A DNA stretch of 64,000 nucleotides, taken from assembly GCA_017458825.1 (NCBI GenBank), contig JAFSZX010000019.1:4352-68351 (forward strand), in the 5' to 3' direction. The position numbers were made by a program, and so were the translations under genes. The stretch comes from Oscillospiraceae bacterium (lineage in GTDB: Bacteria; Bacillota; Clostridia; Oscillospirales; Oscillospiraceae). Shown piece after piece: positions 58,880 to 64,000 of this stretch. The notes under the pieces are model-generated. The model saw only the letters and a program-made list of their open reading frames with translations. It made no database searches and was not told the origin of the DNA. The first letter of the stretch is position 1; each line of letters starts with the position of its first letter.

Positions 58880-60463
58880 ATGTGTTCCATCATAGGCTTC
58901 TGCGATCCGAGCTGGCGCAGTGACGCCTTTTACGAGGGATTCGCCAGAACCGTATCCCGGGGGCCGGACGATACGCGTATCGTCGAGACCGCCGGCGGCG
59001 TGCTGGGATTCCACCGCCTGTCCATCATGGGACTGCATCCGGAGGGGATGCAGCCGTTTTGCCTGGACGGCGACCGGTGCGTGTGCAACGGGGAGATCTA
59101 CGGCTTTGAGGCGATTCGCGGAGAGCTGAAGGCAAAGGGGTATACCTTTGAAAGCGATTCGGACTGCGAGGTATTGCTGCCGCTGTATCGGGAGTACGGC
59201 ACGGATATGTTCGGCAGGCTGGACGCGGAATTCGCCTGCGTGATCTACGACGGGAAGACCGGCGGCTTCATCGCCGCCCGCGACCCCATCGGCATCCGCC
59301 CGCTCTATTACGGCTTTTGCTCCACCGGCGCGCCGGTGTTTGCCAGTGAGCCGAAGAACCTGCTGGGCCTGGTGGAAACCATCCGACCCTTTCCGCCGGG
59401 ACACTACTATAAAGACGGCGCGTTCGTGTGCTACCACGATATTGCCGCGGTGGACAAGGTCTGCGCCGACGACGTGGAAACCGCCTGCGGCAACATTCGG
59501 GACAAGCTGATCGCCGGTGTGCGCAAGCGGCTGGTGGCGGACGCGAAGGTGGGATTCCTGCTCTCCGGCGGATTGGATTCCTCGCTGGTATGCGCCATTG
59601 CCGCGCGGGAGAGCCAAATGCCCATCCGGACGTTTGCTATCGGCATGGAGAAGGACGCCATCGACCTTAAATACGCCAGACAGGCGGCGGAGTTCATCGG
59701 AAGCGACCACACGGAGGTCTTTATGACGCCGGAGGAGGTACTCGCCTCTTTGGAGCAGGTCATCTATACGCTGGGGACGTTTGACATCACCACCATCCGC
59801 GCCAGTATGGGCATGTATCTGGTATGCAAGGCGATCCACGAAACCACGGATATCCGCGTACTGCTCACCGGCGAGATCTCCGACGAGCTGTTCGGGTATA
59901 AATATACCGACTTCGCCCCTGACGCGCCGGCGTTCCAGCAGGAGGCGCAAAAGCGGATCCGGGAACTGCACATGTACGACGTACTGCGCGCCGACCGCTG
60001 CATTTCCACCCATTCGCTGGAGGCACGGGTGCCTTTCGGGGACATCGACTTCGTTCGCTACGTCATGGCGCTGGATCCGGCGATCAAGATGAACCGGTAC
60101 GGCAAGGGCAAGTATCTTCTGCGCCACGCCTTTGAGGGAACGGGGTATCTGCCCGATGAGATCTTGTGGCGCGAGAAGGCGGCGTTTTCCGACGCGGTGG
60201 GGCATTCCATGGTGGACGATCTGAAAGCCTATGCCGAAACGCAGTATACCGACGAAGCGTTTGAAAAGAAGCGCCGAAAGTACACCCACGCCCGCCCGTT
60301 TACCAAGGAATCGCTGCTCTATCGGGAGATCTTCGAGAAGTACTATCCCGGTCAGGCGGAGATGGTGGCGGATTTCTGGATGCCCAACAAATCGTGGGAG
60401 GGCTGTAACGTCAACGATCCCTCCGCACGTGTGCTGTCCAACTACGGCGACAGCGGCAAATAA
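58880..60463 (+). CDS. asnB: Asparagine synthetase B (glutamine-hydrolysing)
   Basis: MCSIIG, RGPD, HRLSI, NGEIY, LSGGLDSS and EARVPF motifs. Confidence 0.96.
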   Translation: MCSIIGFCDPSWRSDAFYEGFARTVSRGPDDTRIVETAGGVLGFHRLSIMGLHPEGMQPFCLDGDRCVCNGEIYGFEAIRGELKAKGYTFESDSDCEVLLPLYREYGTDMFGRLDAEFACVIYDGKTGGFIAARDPIGIRPLYYGFCSTGAPVFASEPKNLLGLVETIRPFPPGHYYKDGAFVCYHDIAAVDKVCADDVETACGNIRDKLIAGVRKRLVADAKVGFLLSGGLDSSLVCAIAARESQMPIRTFAIGMEKDAIDLKYARQAAEFIGSDHTEVFMTPEEVLASLEQVIYTLGTFDITTIRASMGMYLVCKAIHETTDIRVLLTGEISDELFGYKYTDFAPDAPAFQQEAQKRIRELHMYDVLRADRCISTHSLEARVPFGDIDFVRYVMALDPAIKMNRYGKGKYLLRHAFEGTGYLPDEILWREKAAFSDAVGHSMVDDLKAYAETQYTDEAFEKKRRKYTHARPFTKESLLYREIFEKYYPGQAEMVADFWMPNKSWEGCNVNDPSARVLSNYGDSGK

Positions 60464-60541
60464 GTAAACTGCCGGACGGATGGGCAAGGCGCCCACCCGC
60501 TCCGGCTGTTGACTTTTTTTCAAAGCGGGAGGGAACAGACA

Positions 60542-63690
<3,149 letters not shown>

Positions 63691-63706
63691 GGCACATCAC
63701 ATAAGG

Positions 63707-63740
63707 AAAAAAAAGCCCGCGCATAAGCGCGGGCTTTTTT
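63707..63740. terminator. Bidirectional terminator
   Basis: A-tract-GCCCGCGC-ATAA-GCGCGGGC-T6. Confidence 0.85.
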
Positions 63741-63756
63741 AATAAGGTACCCGGAA

Positions 63757-64000
63757 TTACTTGGCAGCCTCAGCGTACCAGAAGAAGAAGTAGCCCATGG
63801 TGGTGTAGCCAACGTTGGACAGACCCTTCATGCAGTACATATTGGTGTAGTAGTAGATCGGGCAGACGGGGAAGCCCTCTTCACCGAAGAGGATCTCTTC
63901 CGCCTTGTACAGGAGCTGGTCACGATCAGCGCCGGCGAGGGTCGCCTTCGCTTCGGTGATCGCCTTGTCATACTCCTCGTTGGAGTACAGGCCGTAGTTG
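63757..64000 (-). CDS. 3' end of an oligopeptide ABC substrate-binding protein (OppA-like), partial
   Basis: Manual translation NYGLYSNEEYDKAITEAK...LYKAEEIL...PIYYYT...FFWYAEAAK*. Confidence 0.75.
   Translation of the reverse strand, partial: NYGLYSNEEYDKAITEAKATLAGADRDQLLYKAEEILFGEEGFPVCPIYYYTNMYCMKGLSNVGYTTMGYFFFWYAEAAK

Noticed and set aside
60464-60541. Purine riboswitch or third ANTAR hairpin upstream of guaA
   Set aside because: No purine aptamer core; the GGGC-AAGGC-GCCC loop is 5 nt rather than 6 and lies inside a terminator-like stem.

Overview
GC-rich chromosomal window, probably from a Clostridia (Oscillospiraceae-like) bacterium; the taxonomy is inferred from gene content and sigma-A promoters. 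Left to right it holds: a cobalamin-riboswitch-controlled uptake unit (- strand) back-to-back with an anaerobic cobalamin (cbi) operon under a second, short class-II-type riboswitch; yihY/trkA; tRNA-Ser(GGA) followed by a repeat-bounded AT-rich cassette (hairpin ladder plus HEAT-repeat gene); typA; MATE/cysteine desulfurase; mtaB-yfbR-ACT-DUF711; an rpe-recR-apbE-NusGII-Gx-AAA run; an AT-rich intergenic with DnaA-box-like and XerD-arm-like motifs; IclR/XdhC divergent from modABC-moaAC-MOSC-moeA-like-mogA; a 1.8-kb islet bounded by a 25-bp duplication of the mogA 3' end; ArsR-HMA-P1B ATPase; purine salvage genes; gdhA; and a nitrogen-assimilation cluster (split glutamate synthase, an atypical GS-I-like protein and a pseudo-receiver ANTAR protein, divergent from GSIII-small ORF-asnB-guaA-pyrG). 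The best candidates for undescribed biology are (i) the kinase-free ANTAR / degenerate-GS pair with single-hairpin targets on two divergent leaders and (ii) the tRNA-linked hairpin-ladder cassette. All calls come from reading the sequence and the ORF track by eye; no database searches or folding programs were run.
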